From: Auanema rhodensis
Taxonomy: Eukaryota > Animalia > Nematoda
NCBI GenBank assembly: GCA_964057225.1
Contig: CAXKVF010000072.1
Coordinates: forward strand, 558,001-622,000
Direction of reading: 5' to 3'
DNA length: 64,000 nt
Positions 38,689 through 53,751 of the stretch are shown here, in pieces. The position numbers and the translations under genes are program-made. The notes beneath the pieces are model-generated. The model made no database searches and was not told where the DNA came from. It saw nothing but the letters and a program-made list of their open reading frames with translations. Every line of letters starts with the position of its first letter. Within the stretch, counting starts at the first letter, position 1.

Positions 38689-41600
38689 ATAAATTAAAGT
38701 TCACGTAAATTTTAAAGTCATGGTTACCATGAACCAATATCAATAAAAATTTGTTTTTAGACTAATATGGACATGGGGAATCTAATTTTGAAAACCGCAT
38801 ATCTTTATCTTTCACGTGAAGCGAGTTACATACCAAGTGCACATCACGTGTACATGTAATTAGCATAAATTAAAGTTCACGTAAATTTCAAAGTCATGGT
38901 TACCATGAACCAATGTCAATAAAAATTTGTTTTTAGACTAATATGGACATGGAGAATCTAATTTTGAAAACCGCATCTCTTTATCTTTCACGTGAAGCGA
39001 GTTACATACCAAGTGCACATCACGTGTACATTTAATTAGCATAAATTAAAGTTCACGTAAATTTCAAAGTCATGGTTACCATGAAGCAATATCAATAAAA
39101 ATTTGTTTTTAGACTAATATGGACATGGGGAATCTAATTTTGAAAACCGCATCTCTTTATCTTTCACGTGAAGCGAGTTACATACCAAGTGCACATCACG
39201 TGTACATTTAATTAGCATAAATTAAAGTTCACGTAAATTTCAAAGTCATGGTTACCATGAACCAATATCAATAAAAATTTGTTTTTAGACTAATATGGAC
39301 ATGGGGAATCTAATTTTGAAAACCGCATCTCTTTATCTTTCACGTGAAGCGAGTTACATACCAAGTGCACATCACGTGTACATTTAATTAGCATAAATTA
39401 AAGTTCACGTAAATTTCAAAGTCATGGTTACCATGAAGCAATATCAATAAAAATTTGTTTTTCGACTAATATGGACATGGAGAATCTAATTTTGAAAACC
39501 GCATTTCTTTATCTTTCACGTGAAGCGAGTTACATACCAAGTGCACATCACGTGTACATTTAATTAGCATAAATTAAAGTTCACGTAAATTTCAAAGTCA
39601 TGGTTACCATGCACCAATATCAATAAAAATTTGTTTTTAGACTAATATGGACATGGGGAATCTAATTTTGAAAACCGCATCTCTTTATCTTTCACGTGAA
39701 GCGAGTTACATACCAAGTGCACATCACGTGTACATTTAATTAGCATAAATTAAAGTTCACGTAAATTTTAAAGTCATGGTTACCATGAACCAATATCAAT
39801 AAAAATTTGTTTTTAGACTAATATGGACATGGGGAATCTAATTTTGAAAACCGCATCTCTTTATCTTTCACGTGAAGCGAGTTACATACCAAGTGCACAT
39901 CACGTGTACATTTAATTAGCATAAATTAAAGTTCACGTAAATTTCAAAGTCATGGTTACCATGAACCAATATCAATAAAAATTTGTTTTTAGACTAATAT
40001 GGACATGGGGAATCTAATTTTGAAAACCGCATCTCTTTATCTTTCACGTGAAGCGAGTTACATACCAAGTGCACATCACGTGTACATTTAATTATCATAA
40101 ATTAAAGTTCACGTAAATTTCAAAGTCATGGTTACCATGAACCAATATCAATAAAAATTTGTTTTTAGACTAATATGGACATGGGGAATCTAATTTTGAA
40201 AACCGCATCTCTTTATCTTTCACGTGAAGCGAGTTACATACCAAGTGCACATCACGTGTACATTTAATTAGCATAAATTAAAGTTCACGTAAATTTCAAA
40301 GTCATGGTTACCATGAACCAATATCAATAAAAATTTGTTTTTAGACTAATATGGACATGGGGAATCTAATTTTGAAAACCGCATCTCTTTATCTTTCACG
40401 TGAAGCGAGTTACATACCAAGTGCACATCACGTGTACATTTAATTAGCATAAATTAAAGTTCACGTAAATTTCAAAGTCATGGTTACCATGAAGCAATAT
40501 CAATAAAAATTTGTTTTTAGACTAATATGGACATGGGGAATCTAATTTTGAAAACCGCATCTCTTTATCTTTCACGTGAAGCGAGTTACATACCAAGTGC
40601 ACATCACGTGTACATTTAATTAGCATAAATTAAAGTTCACGTAAATTTCAAAGTCATGGTTACCATGAACCAATATCAATAAAAATTTGTTTTTAGACTA
40701 ATATGGACATGGGGAATCTAATTTTGAAAACCGCATCTCTTTATCTTTCACGTGAAGCGAGTTACATACCAAGTGCACATCACGTGTACATTTAATTATC
40801 ATAAATTAAAGTTCACGTAAATTTCAAAGTCATGGTTACCATGAACCAATATCAATAAAAATTTGTTTTTAGACTAATATGGACATGGGGAATCTAATTT
40901 TGAAAACCGCATATCTTTATCTTTCACGTGAAGCGAGTTACATACCAAGTGCACATCACGTGTACATGTAATTAGCATAAATTAAAGTTCACGTAAATTT
41001 CAAAGTCATGGTTACCATGAACCAATGTCAATAAAAATTTGTTTTTAGACTAATATGGACATGGAGAATCTAATTTTGAAAACCGCATCTCTTTATCTTT
41101 CACGTGAAGCGAGTTACATACCAAGTGCACATCACGTGTACATTTAATTAGCATAAATTAAAGTTCACGTAAATTTCAAAGTCATGGTTACCATGAAGCA
41201 ATATCAATAAAAATTTGTTTTTAGACTAATATGGACATGGGGAATCTAATTTTGAAAACCGCATCTCTTTATCTTTCACGTGAAGCGAGTTACATACCAA
41301 GTGCACATCACGTGTACATTTAATTAGCATAAATTAAAGTTCACGTAAATTTCAAAGTCATGGTTACCATGAACCAATATCAATAAAAATTTGTTTTTAG
41401 ACTAATATGGACATGGGGAATCTAATTTTGAAAACCGCATCTCTTTATCTTTCACGTGAAGCGAGTTACATACCAAGTGCACATCACGTGTACATTTAAT
41501 TAGCATAAATTAAAGTTCACGTAAATTTCAAAGTCATGGTTACCATGAAGCAATATCAATAAAAATTTGTTTTTCGACTAATATGGACATGGAGAATCTA

Positions 41601-42912
41601 ATTTTGAAAACCGCATTTCTTTATCTTTCACGTGAAGCGAGTTACATACCAAGTGCACATCACGTGTACATTTAATTAGCATAAATTAAAGTTCACGTAA
41701 ATTTCAAAGTCATGGTTACCATGCACCAATATCAATAAAAATTTGTTTTTAGACTAATATGGACATGGGGAATCTAATTTTGAAAACCGCATCTCTTTAT
41801 CTTTCACGTGAAGCGAGTTACATACCAAGTGCACATCACGTGTACATTTAATTAGCATAAATTAAAGTTCACGTAAATTTTAAAGTCATGGTTACCATGA
41901 ACCAATATCAATAAAAATTTGTTTTTAGACTAATATGGACATGGGGAATCTAATTTTGAAAACCGCATCTCTTTATCTTTCACGTGAAGCGAGTTACATA
42001 CCAAGTGCACATCACGTGTACATTTAATTAGCATAAATTAAAGTTCACGTAAATTTCAAAGTCATGGTTACCATGAACCAATATCAATAAAAATTTGTTT
42101 TTAGACTAATATGGACATGGGGAATCTAATTTTGAAAACCGCATCTCTTTATCTTTCACGTGAAGCGAGTTACATACCAAGTGCACATCACGTGTACATT
42201 TAATTATCATAAATTAAAGTTCACGTAAATTTCAAAGTCATGGTTACCATGAACCAATATCAATAAAAATTTGTTTTTAGACTAATATGGACATGGGGAA
42301 TCTAATTTTGAAAACCGCATCTCTTTATCTTTCACGTGAAGCGAGTTACATACCAAGTGCACATCACGTGTACATTTAATTAGCATAAATTAAAGTTCAC
42401 GTAAATTTCAAAGTCATGGTTACCATGAACCAATATCAATAAAAATTTGTTTTTAGACTAATATGGACATGGGGAATCTAATTTTGAAAACCGCATCTCT
42501 TTATCTTTCACGTGAAGCGAGTTACATACCAAGTGCACATCACGTGTACATTTAATTAGCATAAATTAAAGTTCACGTAAATTTCAAAGTCATGGTTACC
42601 ATGAAGCAATATCAATAAAAATTTGTTTTTAGACTAATATGGACATGGGGAATCTAATTTTGAAAACCGCATCTCTTTATCTTTCACGTGAAGCGAGTTA
42701 CATACCAAGTGCACATCACGTGTACATTTAATTAGCATAAATTAAAGTTCACGTAAATTTCAAAGTCATGGTTACCATGAACCAATATCAATAAAAATTT
42801 GTTTTTAGACTAATATGGACATGGGGAATCTAATTTTGAAAACCGCATCTCTTTATCTTTCACGTGAAGCGAGTTACATACCAAGTGCACATCACGTGTA
42901 CATTTAATTATC
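38689..42912. repeat. 12-monomer (2112 bp) tandem duplication
   Basis: GCATATC 38801/40913, ACATGTA 38856/40968, CGACT-GGAG monomer 39393/41505, and ATTATC 40095/42207 and 40799/42911. Confidence 0.9.
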
Positions 42913-45900
42913 ATAAATTAAAGTTCACGTAAATTTCAAAGTCATGGTTACCATGAACCAATATCAATAAAAATTTGTTTTTAGACTAATATGGACATGG
43001 GGAATCTAATTTTGAAAACCGCATCTCTTTATCTCTCACGTGAAGCGAGTTACATACCAAGTGCACATCACGTGTACATTTAATTAGCATAAATTAAAGT
43101 TCACGTAAATTTCAAAGTCATGGTTACCATGAACCAATGTCAATAAAAATTTGTTTTTAGACTAATATGGACATGGGGAATCTAATTTTGAAAACCGCAT
43201 CTCTTTATCTTTCACGTGAAGCGAGTTACATACCAAGTGCACATCACGTGTACATTTAATTAGCATAAATTAAAGTTCACGTAAATTTCAAAGTCATGGT
43301 TACCATGAACCAATATCAATAAAAATTTGTTTTTAGACTAATATGGACATGGGGAATCTAATTTTGAAAACCGCATCTCTTTATCTTTCACGTGAAGCGA
43401 GTTACATACCAAGTGCACATCACGTGTACATTTAATTAGCATAAATTAAAGTTCACGTAAATTTCAAAGTCATGGTTACCATGAACCAATATCAATAAAA
43501 ATTTGTTTTTAGACTAATATGGACATGGGGAATCTAATTTTGAAAACCGCATCTCTTTATCTTTCACGTGAAGCGAGTTACATACCAAGTGCACATCACG
43601 TGTACATTTAATTAGCATAAATTAAAGTTCACGTAAATTTCAAAGTCATGGTTACCATGAAGCAATATCAATAAAAATTTGTTTTTAGACTAATATGGAC
43701 ATGGGGAATCTAATTTTGAAAACCGCATCTCTTTATCTTTCACGTGAAGCGAGTTACATACCAAGTGCACATCACGTGTACATTTAATTAGCATAAATTA
43801 AAGTTCACGTAAATTTCAAAGTCATGGTTACCATGAACCAATATCAATAAAAATTTGTTTTTAGACTAATATGGACATGGGGAATCTAATTTTGAAAACC
43901 GCATCTCTTTATCTTTCACGTGAAGCGAGTTACATACCAAGTGCACATCACGTGTACATTTAATTAGCATAAATTAAAGTTCACGTAAATTTCAAAGTCA
44001 TGGTTACCATGAACCAATATCAATAAAAATTTGTTTTTAGACTAATATGGACATGGGGAATCTAATTTTGGAAACCGCATCTCTTTATCTTTCACGTGAA
44101 GCGAGTTACATACCAAGTGCACATCACGTGTACATTTAATTAGCATAAATTAAAGTTCACGTAAATTTCAAAGTCATGGTTACCATGAAGCAATATCAAT
44201 AAAAATTTGTTTTTAGACTAATATGGACATGGGGAATCTAATTTTGAAAACCGCATCTCTTTATCTTTCACGTGAAGCGAGTTACATACCAAGTGCACAT
44301 CACGTGTACATTTAATTAGCATAAATTAAAGTTCACGTAAATTTCAAAGTCATGGTTACCATGAACCAATATCAATAAAAATTTGTTTTTAGACTAATAT
44401 GGACATGGGGAATCTAATTTTGAAAACCGCATCTCTTTATCTTTCACGTGAAGCGAGTTACATACCAAGTGCACATCACGTGTACATTTAATTAGCATAA
44501 ATTAAAGTTCACGTAAATTTCAAAGTCATGGTTACCATGAAGCAATATCAATAAAAATTTGTTTTTAGACTAATATGGACATGGGGAATCTAATTTTGAA
44601 AACCGTATCTCTTTATCTTTCACGTGAAGCGAGTTACATACCAAGTGCACATCACGTGTACATTTAATTAGCATAAATTAAAGTTCACGTAAATTTCAAA
44701 GTCATGGTTACCATGAACCAATATCAATAAAAATTTGTTTTTAGACTAATATGGACATGGGGAATCTAATTTTGAAAACCGCATCTCTTTATCTTTCACG
44801 TGAAGCGAGTTACATACCAAGTGCACATCACGTGTACATTTAATTAGCATAAATTAAAGTTCACGTAAATTTCAAAGTCATGGTTACCATGAAGCAATAT
44901 CAATAAAAATTTGTTTTTAGACTAATATGGACATGGGGAATCTAATTTTGAAAACCGTATCTCTTTATCTTTCACGTGAAGCGAGTTACATACCAAGTGC
45001 ACATCACGTGTACATTTAATTAGCATAAATTAAAGTTCACGTAAATTTCAAAGTCATGGTTACCATGAAGCAATATCAATAAAAATTTGTTTTTAGACTA
45101 ATATGGACATGGGGAATCTAATTTTGAAAACCGCATCTCTTTATCTTTCACGTGAAGCGAGTTACATACCAAGTGCACATCACGTGTACATTTAATTAGC
45201 ATAAATTAAAGTTCACGTAAATTTCAAAGTCATGGTTACCATGAACCAATATCAATAAAAATTTGTTTTTAGACTAATATGGACATGGGGAATCTAATTT
45301 TGAAAACCGCATCTCTTTATCTTTCACGTGAAGCGAGTTACATACCAAGTGCACATCACGTGTACATTTAATTAGCATAAATTAAAGTTCACGTAAATTT
45401 CAAAGTCATGGTTACCATGAAGCAATATCAATAAAAATTTGTTTTTAGACTAATATGGACATGGGGAATCTAATTTTGAAAACCGCATCTCTTTATCTTT
45501 CACGTGAAGCGAGTTACATACCAAGTGCACATCACGTGTACATTTAATTAGCATAAATTAAAGTTCACGTAAAATTCAAAGTCATGGTTACCATGCACCA
45601 ATATCAATAAAAATTTGTTTTTAGACTAATATGGACATGGGGAATCTAATTTTGAAAACCGCATCTCTTTATCTTTCACGTGAAGCGAGTTACATACCAA
45701 GTGCACATCACGTGTACATTTAATTAGCATAAATTAAAGTTCACGTAAATTTCAAAGTCATGGTTACCATGCACCAATATCAATAAAAATTTGTTTTTAG
45801 ACTAATATGGACATGGGGAATCTAATTTTGAAAACCGCATCTCTTTATCTTTCACGTGAAGCGAGTTACATACCAAGTGCACATCACGTGTACATTTAAT

Positions 45901-48192
45901 TAGCATAAATTAAAGTTCACGTAAATTTCAAAGTCATGGTTACCATGCACCAATATCAATAAAAATTTGTTTTTAGACTAATATGGACATGGGGGATCTA
46001 ATTTTGAAAACCGCATCTCTTTATCTTTCACGTGAAGCGAGTTACATACCAAGTGCACATCACGTGTACATTTAATTAGCATAAATTAAAGTTCACGTAA
46101 ATTTCAAAGTCATGGTTACCATGAACCAATATCAATAAAAATTTGTTTTTAGACTAATATGGACATGGGTAATCTAATTTTGAAAACCGCATCTCTTTAT
46201 CTTTCACGTGAAGCGAGTTACATACCAAGTGCACATCACGTGTACATTTAATTAGCATAAATTAAAGTTCACGTAAATTTCAAAGTCATGGTTACCATGC
46301 ACCAATATCAATAAAAATTTGTTTTTAGACTAATATGGACATGGGGAATCTAATTTTGAAAACCGCATCTCTTTATCTTTCACGTGAAGCGAGTTACATA
46401 CCAAGTGCACATCACGTGTACATTTAATTAGCATAAATTAAAGTTCACGTAAAATTCAAAGTCATGGTTACCATGCACCAATATCAATAAAAATTTGTTT
46501 TTAGACTAATATGGACATGGGGAATCTAATTTTGAAAACCGCATCTCTTTATCTTTCACGTGAAGCGAGTTACATACCAAGTGCACATCACGTGTACATT
46601 TAATTAGCATAAATTAAAGTTCACGTAAATTTCAAAGTCATGGTTACCATGCACCAATATCAATAAAAATTTGTTTTTAGACTAATATGGACATGGGTAA
46701 TCTAATTTTGAAAACCGCATCTCTTTATCTTTCACGTGAAGCGAGTTACATACCAAGTGCACATCACGTGTACATTTAATTAGCATAAATTAAAGTTCAC
46801 GTAAATTTCAAAGTCATGGTTACCATGCACCAATATCAATAAAAATTTGTTTTTAGACTAATATGGACATGGGGAATCTAATTTTGAAAACCGCATCTCT
46901 TTATCTTTCACGTGAAGCGAGTTACATACCAAGTGCACATCACGTGTACATTTAATTAGCATAAATTAAAGTTCACGTAAAATTCAAAGTCATGGTTACC
47001 ATGCACCAATATCAATAAAAATTTGTTTTTAGACTAATATGGACATGGGGAATCTAATTTTGAAAACCGCATCTCTTTATCTTTCACGTGAAGCGAGTTA
47101 CATACCAAGTGCACATCACGTGTACATTTAATTAGCATAAATTAAAGTTCACGTAAATTTCAAAGTCATGGTTACCATGCACCAATATCAATAAAAATTT
47201 GTTTTTAGACTAATATGGACATGGGGAATCTAATTTTGAAAACCGCATCTCTTTATCTTTCACGTGAAGCGAGTTACATACCAAGTGCACATCACGTGTA
47301 CATTTAATTAGCATAAATTAAAGTTCACGTAAATTTCAAAGTCATGGTTACCATGCACCAATATCAATAAAAATTTGTTTTTAGACTAATATGGACATGG
47401 GGAATCTAATTTTGAAAACCGCATCTCTTTATCTTTCACGTGAAGCGAGTTACATACCAAGTGCACATCACGTGTACATTTAATTAGCATAAATTAAAGT
47501 TCACGTAAAATTCAAAGTCATGGTTACCATGCACCAATATCAATAAAAATTTGTTTTTAGACTAATATGGACATGGGGAATCTAATTTTGAAAACCGCAT
47601 CTCTTTATCTTTCACGTGAAGCGAGTTACATACCAAGTGCACATCACGTGTACATTTAATTAGCATAAATTAAAGTTCACGTAAATTTCAAAGTCATGGT
47701 TACCATGCACCAATATCAATAAAAATTTGTTTTTAGACTAATATGGACATGGGGAATCTAATTTTGAAAACCGCATCTCTTTATCTTTCACGTGAAGCGA
47801 GTTACATACCAAGTGCACATCACGTGTACATTTAATTAGCATAAATTAAAGTTCACGTAAATTTCAAAGTCATGGTTACCATGAACCAATATCAATAAAA
47901 ATTTGTTTTTAGACTAATATGGACATGGGGAATCTAATTTTGAAAACCGCATCTCTTTATCTTTCACGTGAAGCGAGTTACATACCAAGTGCACATCACG
48001 TGTACATTTAATTAGCATAAATTAAAGTTCACGTAAATTTCAAAGTCATGGTTACCATGCACCAATATCAATAAAAATTTGTTTTTAGACTAATATGGAC
48101 ATGGGGAATCTAATTTTGAAAACCGCATCTCTTTATCTTTCACGTGAAGCGAGTTACATACCAAGTGCACATCACGTGTACATTTAATTAGC

Positions 48193-49776
48193 ATAAATTA
48201 AAGTTCACGTAAAATTCAAAGTCATGGTTACCATGAACCAATATCAATAAAAATTTGTTTTTAGACTAATATGGACATGGGGAATCTAATTTTGAAAACC
48301 GCATCTCTTTATCTTTCACGTGAAGCGAGTTACATACCATATGCACATCACGTGTACATTTAATTAGCATAAATTAAAGTTCACGTAAATTTCAAAGTCA
48401 TGGTTACCATGAACCAATATCAATAAAAATTTGTTTTTAGACTAATATGGACATGGGGAATCTAATTTTGAAAACCGCATCTCTTCATCTTTCACGTGAA
48501 GCGAGTTACATACCAAGTGCACATCACGTGTACATTTAATTAGCATAAATTAAAGTTCACGTAAATTTCAAAGTCATGGTTACCATGAAGCAATATCAAT
48601 AAAAATTTGTTTTTAGACTAATATGGACATGGGGAATCTAATTTTGAAAACCGCATCTCTTTATCTTTCACGTGAAGCGAGTTACATACCAAGTGCACAT
48701 CACGTGTACATTTAATTAGCATAAATTAAAGTTCACGTAAAATTCAAAGTCATGGTTACCATGAACCAATATCAATAAAAATTTGTTTTTAGACTAATAT
48801 GGACATGGGGAATCTAATTTTGAAAACCGCATCTCTTTATCTTTCACGTGAAGCGAGTTACATACCATATGCACATCACGTGTACATTTAATTAGCATAA
48901 ATTAAAGTTCACGTAAATTTCAAAGTCATGGTTACCATGAACCAATATCAATAAAAATTTGTTTTTAGACTAATATGGACATGGGGAATCTAATTTTGAA
49001 AACCGCATCTCTTCATCTTTCACGTGAAGCGAGTTACATACCAAGTGCACATCACGTGTACATTTAATTAGCATAAATTAAAGTTCACGTAAATTTCAAA
49101 GTCATGGTTACCATGAAGCAATATCAATAAAAATTTGTTTTTAGACTAATATGGACATGGGGAATCTAATTTTGAAAACCGCATCTCTTTATCTTTCACG
49201 TGAAGCGAGTTACATACCAAGTGCACATCACGTGTACATTTAATTAGCATAAATTAAAGTTCACGTAAAATTCAAAGTCATGGTTACCATGAACCAATAT
49301 CAATAAAAATTTGTTTTTAGACTAATATGGACATGGGGAATCTAATTTTGAAAACCGCATCTCTTTATCTTTCACGTGAAGCGAGTTACATACCATATGC
49401 ACATCACGTGTACATTTAATTAGCATAAATTAAAGTTCACGTAAATTTCAAAGTCATGGTTACCATGAACCAATATCAATAAAAATTTGTTTTTAGACTA
49501 ATATGGACATGGGGAATCTAATTTTGAAAACCGCATCTCTTCATCTTTCACGTGAAGCGAGTTACATACCAAGTGCACATCACGTGTACATTTAATTAGC
49601 ATAAATTAAAGTTCACGTAAATTTCAAAGTCATGGTTACCATGCACCAATATCAATAAAAATTTGTTTTTAGACTAATATGGACATGGGGAATCTAATTT
49701 TGAAAACCGCATCTCTTTATCTTTCACGTGAAGCGAGTTACATACCAAGTGCACATCACGTGTACATTTAATTAGC
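48193..49776. repeat. Local 3-monomer higher-order repeat (528 bp), 3 copies
   Basis: CCATATGC double variant at 48340, 48868 and 49396, each with AAAATTC in the same monomer and CTCTTC in the next. Confidence 0.9.
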
Positions 49777-50959
49777 ATAAATTAAAGTTCACGTAAAATT
49801 CAAAGTCATGGTTACCATGAACCAATATCAATAAAAATTTGTTTTTAGACTAATATGGACATGGGGAATCTAATTTTGAAAACCGCATCTCTTTATCTTT
49901 CACGTGAAGCGAGTTACATACCAAGTGCACATCACGTGTACATTTAATTAGCATAAATTAAAGTTCACGTAAATTTCAAAGTCATGGTTACCATGAACCA
50001 ATATCAATAAAAATTTGTTTTTAGACTAATATGGACATGGGGAATCTAATTTTGAAAACCGCATCTCTTCATCTTTCACGTGAAGCGAGTTACATACCAA
50101 GTGCACATCACGTGTACATTTAATTAGCATAAATTAAAGTTCACGTAAATTTCAAAGTCATGGTTACCATGCACCAATATCAATAAAAATTTGTTTTTAG
50201 ACTAATATGGACATGGGGAATCTAATTTTGAAAACCGCATCTCTTTATCTTTCACGTGAAGCGAGTTACATACCAAGTGCACATCACGTGTACATTTAAT
50301 TAGCATAAATTAAAGTTCACGTAAAATTCAAAGTCATGGTTACCATGAACCAATATCAATAAAAATTTGTTTTTAGACTAATATGGACATGGGGAATCTA
50401 ATTTTGAAAACCGCATCTCTTTATCTTTCACGTGAAGCGAGTTACATACCAAGTGCACATCACGTGTACATTTAATTAGCATAAATTAAAGTTCACGTAA
50501 AATTCAAAGTCATGGTTACCATGCACCAATATCAATAAAAATTTGTTTTTAGACTAATATGCACATGGGGAATCTAATTTTGAAAACCGCATCTCTTTAT
50601 CTTTCACGTGAAGCGAGTTACATACCAAGTGCACATCACGTGTACATTTAATTAGCATAAATTAAAGTTCACGTAAATTTCAAAGTCATGGTTACCATGC
50701 ACCAATATCAATAAAAATTTGTTTTTAGACTAATATGGACATGGGGAATCTAATTTTGAAAACCGCATCTCTTTATCTTTCACGTGAAGCGAGTTACATA
50801 CCAAGTGCACATCACGTGTACATTTAATTAGCATAAATTAAAGTTCACGTAAATTTCAAAGTCATGGTTACCATGAACCAATATCAATAAAAATTTGTTT
50901 TTAGACTAATATGGACATGAGGAATCTAATTTTGAAAACCGCATCTCTTTATCTTTCAC

Positions 50960-53560
50960 GTGAAGCGACTTACATACCAAGTGCACATCACGTGTACATT
51001 TAATTAGCATAAATTAAAGTTCACGTAAATTTCAAAGTCATGGTTACCATGAACCAATATCAATAAAAATTTGTTTTTAGACTAATATGGACATGTTGAA
51101 TCTAATTTTGAAAACCGCATCTCTTTATCTTTCACGTGAAGCGAGTTACATACCAAGTGCACATCACGTGTACATTTAATTAGCATAAATTAAAGTTCAC
51201 GTAAATTTCAAAGTCATGGTTACCATGAAGCAATATCAATAAAAATTTGTTTTTAGACTAATATGGACATGGGTAATCTAATTTTGAAAACCGCATCTCT
51301 TTATCTTTCACGTGAAGCGAGTTACATACCAAGTGCACATCACGTGTACAATTAATTAGCATAAATTAAAGTTCACGTAAATTTCAAAGTCATGGTTACC
51401 ATGAACCAATATCAATAAAAATTTGTTTTTAGACTAATATGGACATGGGGAATCTAATTTTGAAAACCGCATTTCTTTATCTTTCACGTGAAGCGAGTCA
51501 CATACCAAGTGCACATCACGTGTACATTTAATTAGCATAAATTAAAGTTCACGTAAATTTCAAAGTCATGGTTACCATGCACCAATATCAATAAAAATTT
51601 GTTTTTAGACTAATATGGACATGGGGAATCTAATTTTGAAAACCGCATCTCTTTATCTTTCACGTGAAGCGAGTTACATACCAAGTGCACATCACGTGTA
51701 CATTTAATTAGCATAAATTAAAGTTCACGTAAATTTCAAAGTCATGGTTACCATGCACCAATATCAATAAAAATTTGTTTTTAGACTAATATGGACATGG
51801 GGAATCTAATTTTGAAAACCGCATCTCTTTATCTTCCACGTGAAGCGAGTTACATACCAAGTGCACATCACGTGTACATTTAATTAGCATAAATTAAAGT
51901 TCACGTAAATTTCAAAGTCATGGTTACCATGAACCAATATCAATAAAAATTTGTTTTTAGACTAATATGTACATGGGGAATCTAATTTTGAAAACCGCAT
52001 CTCTTCATATTTCACGTGAAGCGAGTTACATACCAAGTGCACATCACGTGTACATTTAATTAGCATAAATTAAAGTTCACGTAAATTTCAAAGTCATGGT
52101 TACCATGCACCAATATCAATAAAAATTTGTTTTTAGACTAATATGGACATGGGGAATCTAATTTTGAAAACCGCATCTCTTTATCTTTCACGTGAAGCGA
52201 GTTACATACCAAGTGCACATCACGTGTACATTTAATTAGCATAAATTAAAGTTCACGTAAATTTCAAAGTTATGGTTACCATGCACCAATATCAATAAAA
52301 ATTTGTTTTTAGACTAATATGGACATGGGGAATCTAATTTTGAAAACCGCATCTCTTTATCTTTCACGTGAAGCGAGTTACATACCAAGTGCACATCACG
52401 TGTACAATTAATTAGCATAAATTAAAGTTCACGTAAATTTCAAAGTCATGGTTACCATGAACCAATATCAATAAAAATTTGTTTTTAGACTAATATGGAC
52501 ATGGGGAATCTAATGTTGAAAACCGCATCTCTTCATATTTCACGTGAAGCGAGTTACATACCAAGTGCACATCACGTGTACATTTAATTAGCATAAATTA
52601 AAGTTCACGTAAATTTCAAAGTCATGGTTACCATGCACCAATATCAATAAAAATTTGTTTTTAGACTAATATGGACATGGGGAATCTAATTTTGAAAACC
52701 GCATCTCTTTATCTTTCACGTGAAGCGACTTACATACCAAGTGCACATCACGTGTACATTTAATTAGCATAAATTAAAGTTCACGTAAATTTCAAAGTCA
52801 TGGTTACCATGAACCAATATCAATAAAAATTTGTTTTTAGACTAATATGGACATGTTGAATCTAATTTTGAAAACCGCATCTCTTTATCTTTCACGTGAA
52901 GCGAGTTACATACCAAGTGCACATCACGTGTACATTTAATTAGCATAAATTAAAGTTCACGTAAATTTCAAAGTCATGGTTACCATGAAGCAATATCAAT
53001 AAAAATTTGTTTTTAGACTAATATGGACATGGGTAATCTAATTTTGAAAACCGCATCTCTTTATCTTTCACGTGAAGCGAGTTACATACCAAGTGCACAT
53101 CACGTGTACAATTAATTAGCATAAATTAAAGTTCACGTAAATTTCAAAGTCATGGTTACCATGAACCAATATCAATAAAAATTTGTTTTTAGACTAATAT
53201 GGACATGGGGAATCTAATTTTGAAAACCGCATTTCTTTATCTTTCACGTGAAGCGAGTCACATACCAAGTGCACATCACGTGTACATTTAATTAGCATAA
53301 ATTAAAGTTCACGTAAATTTCAAAGTCATGGTTACCATGCACCAATATCAATAAAAATTTGTTTTTAGACTAATATGGACATGGGGAATCTAATTTTGAA
53401 AACCGCATCTCTTTATCTTTCACGTGAAGCGAGTTACATACCAAGTGCACATCACGTGTACATTTAATTAGCATAAATTAAAGTTCACGTAAATTTCAAA
53501 GTCATGGTTACCATGCACCAATATCAATAAAAATTTGTTTTTAGACTAATATGGACATGG
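50960..53560. repeat. Partial block duplication at a 10-monomer (1760 bp) offset; boundaries approximate
   Basis: GCGACT, ACATGTTGAA (51091/52851), GGGTAA plus ACAATT, and GCATTT plus GAGTCA variants recur in the same order 1760 bp apart. Confidence 0.85.
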
Positions 53561-53745
53561 GGAATCTAATTTTGAAAACCGCATCTCTTCATATTTCACG
53601 TGAAGCGAGTTACATACCAAGTGCACATCACGTGTACATTTAATTAGCATAAATTAAAGTTCACGTAAATTTCAAAGTCATGGTTACCATGCACCAATAT
53701 CAATAAAAATTTGTTTTTAGACTAATATGGACATGGGGAATCTAA

Positions 53746-53751
53746 TTTTTT
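53746..53751. other. Single 177-bp monomer (TTTTG changed to TTTTTT, net +1 bp)
   Basis: TCTAATTTTTTAAAACCG replaces TCTAATTTTGAAAACCG, and the downstream register shifts by +1. Confidence 0.85.
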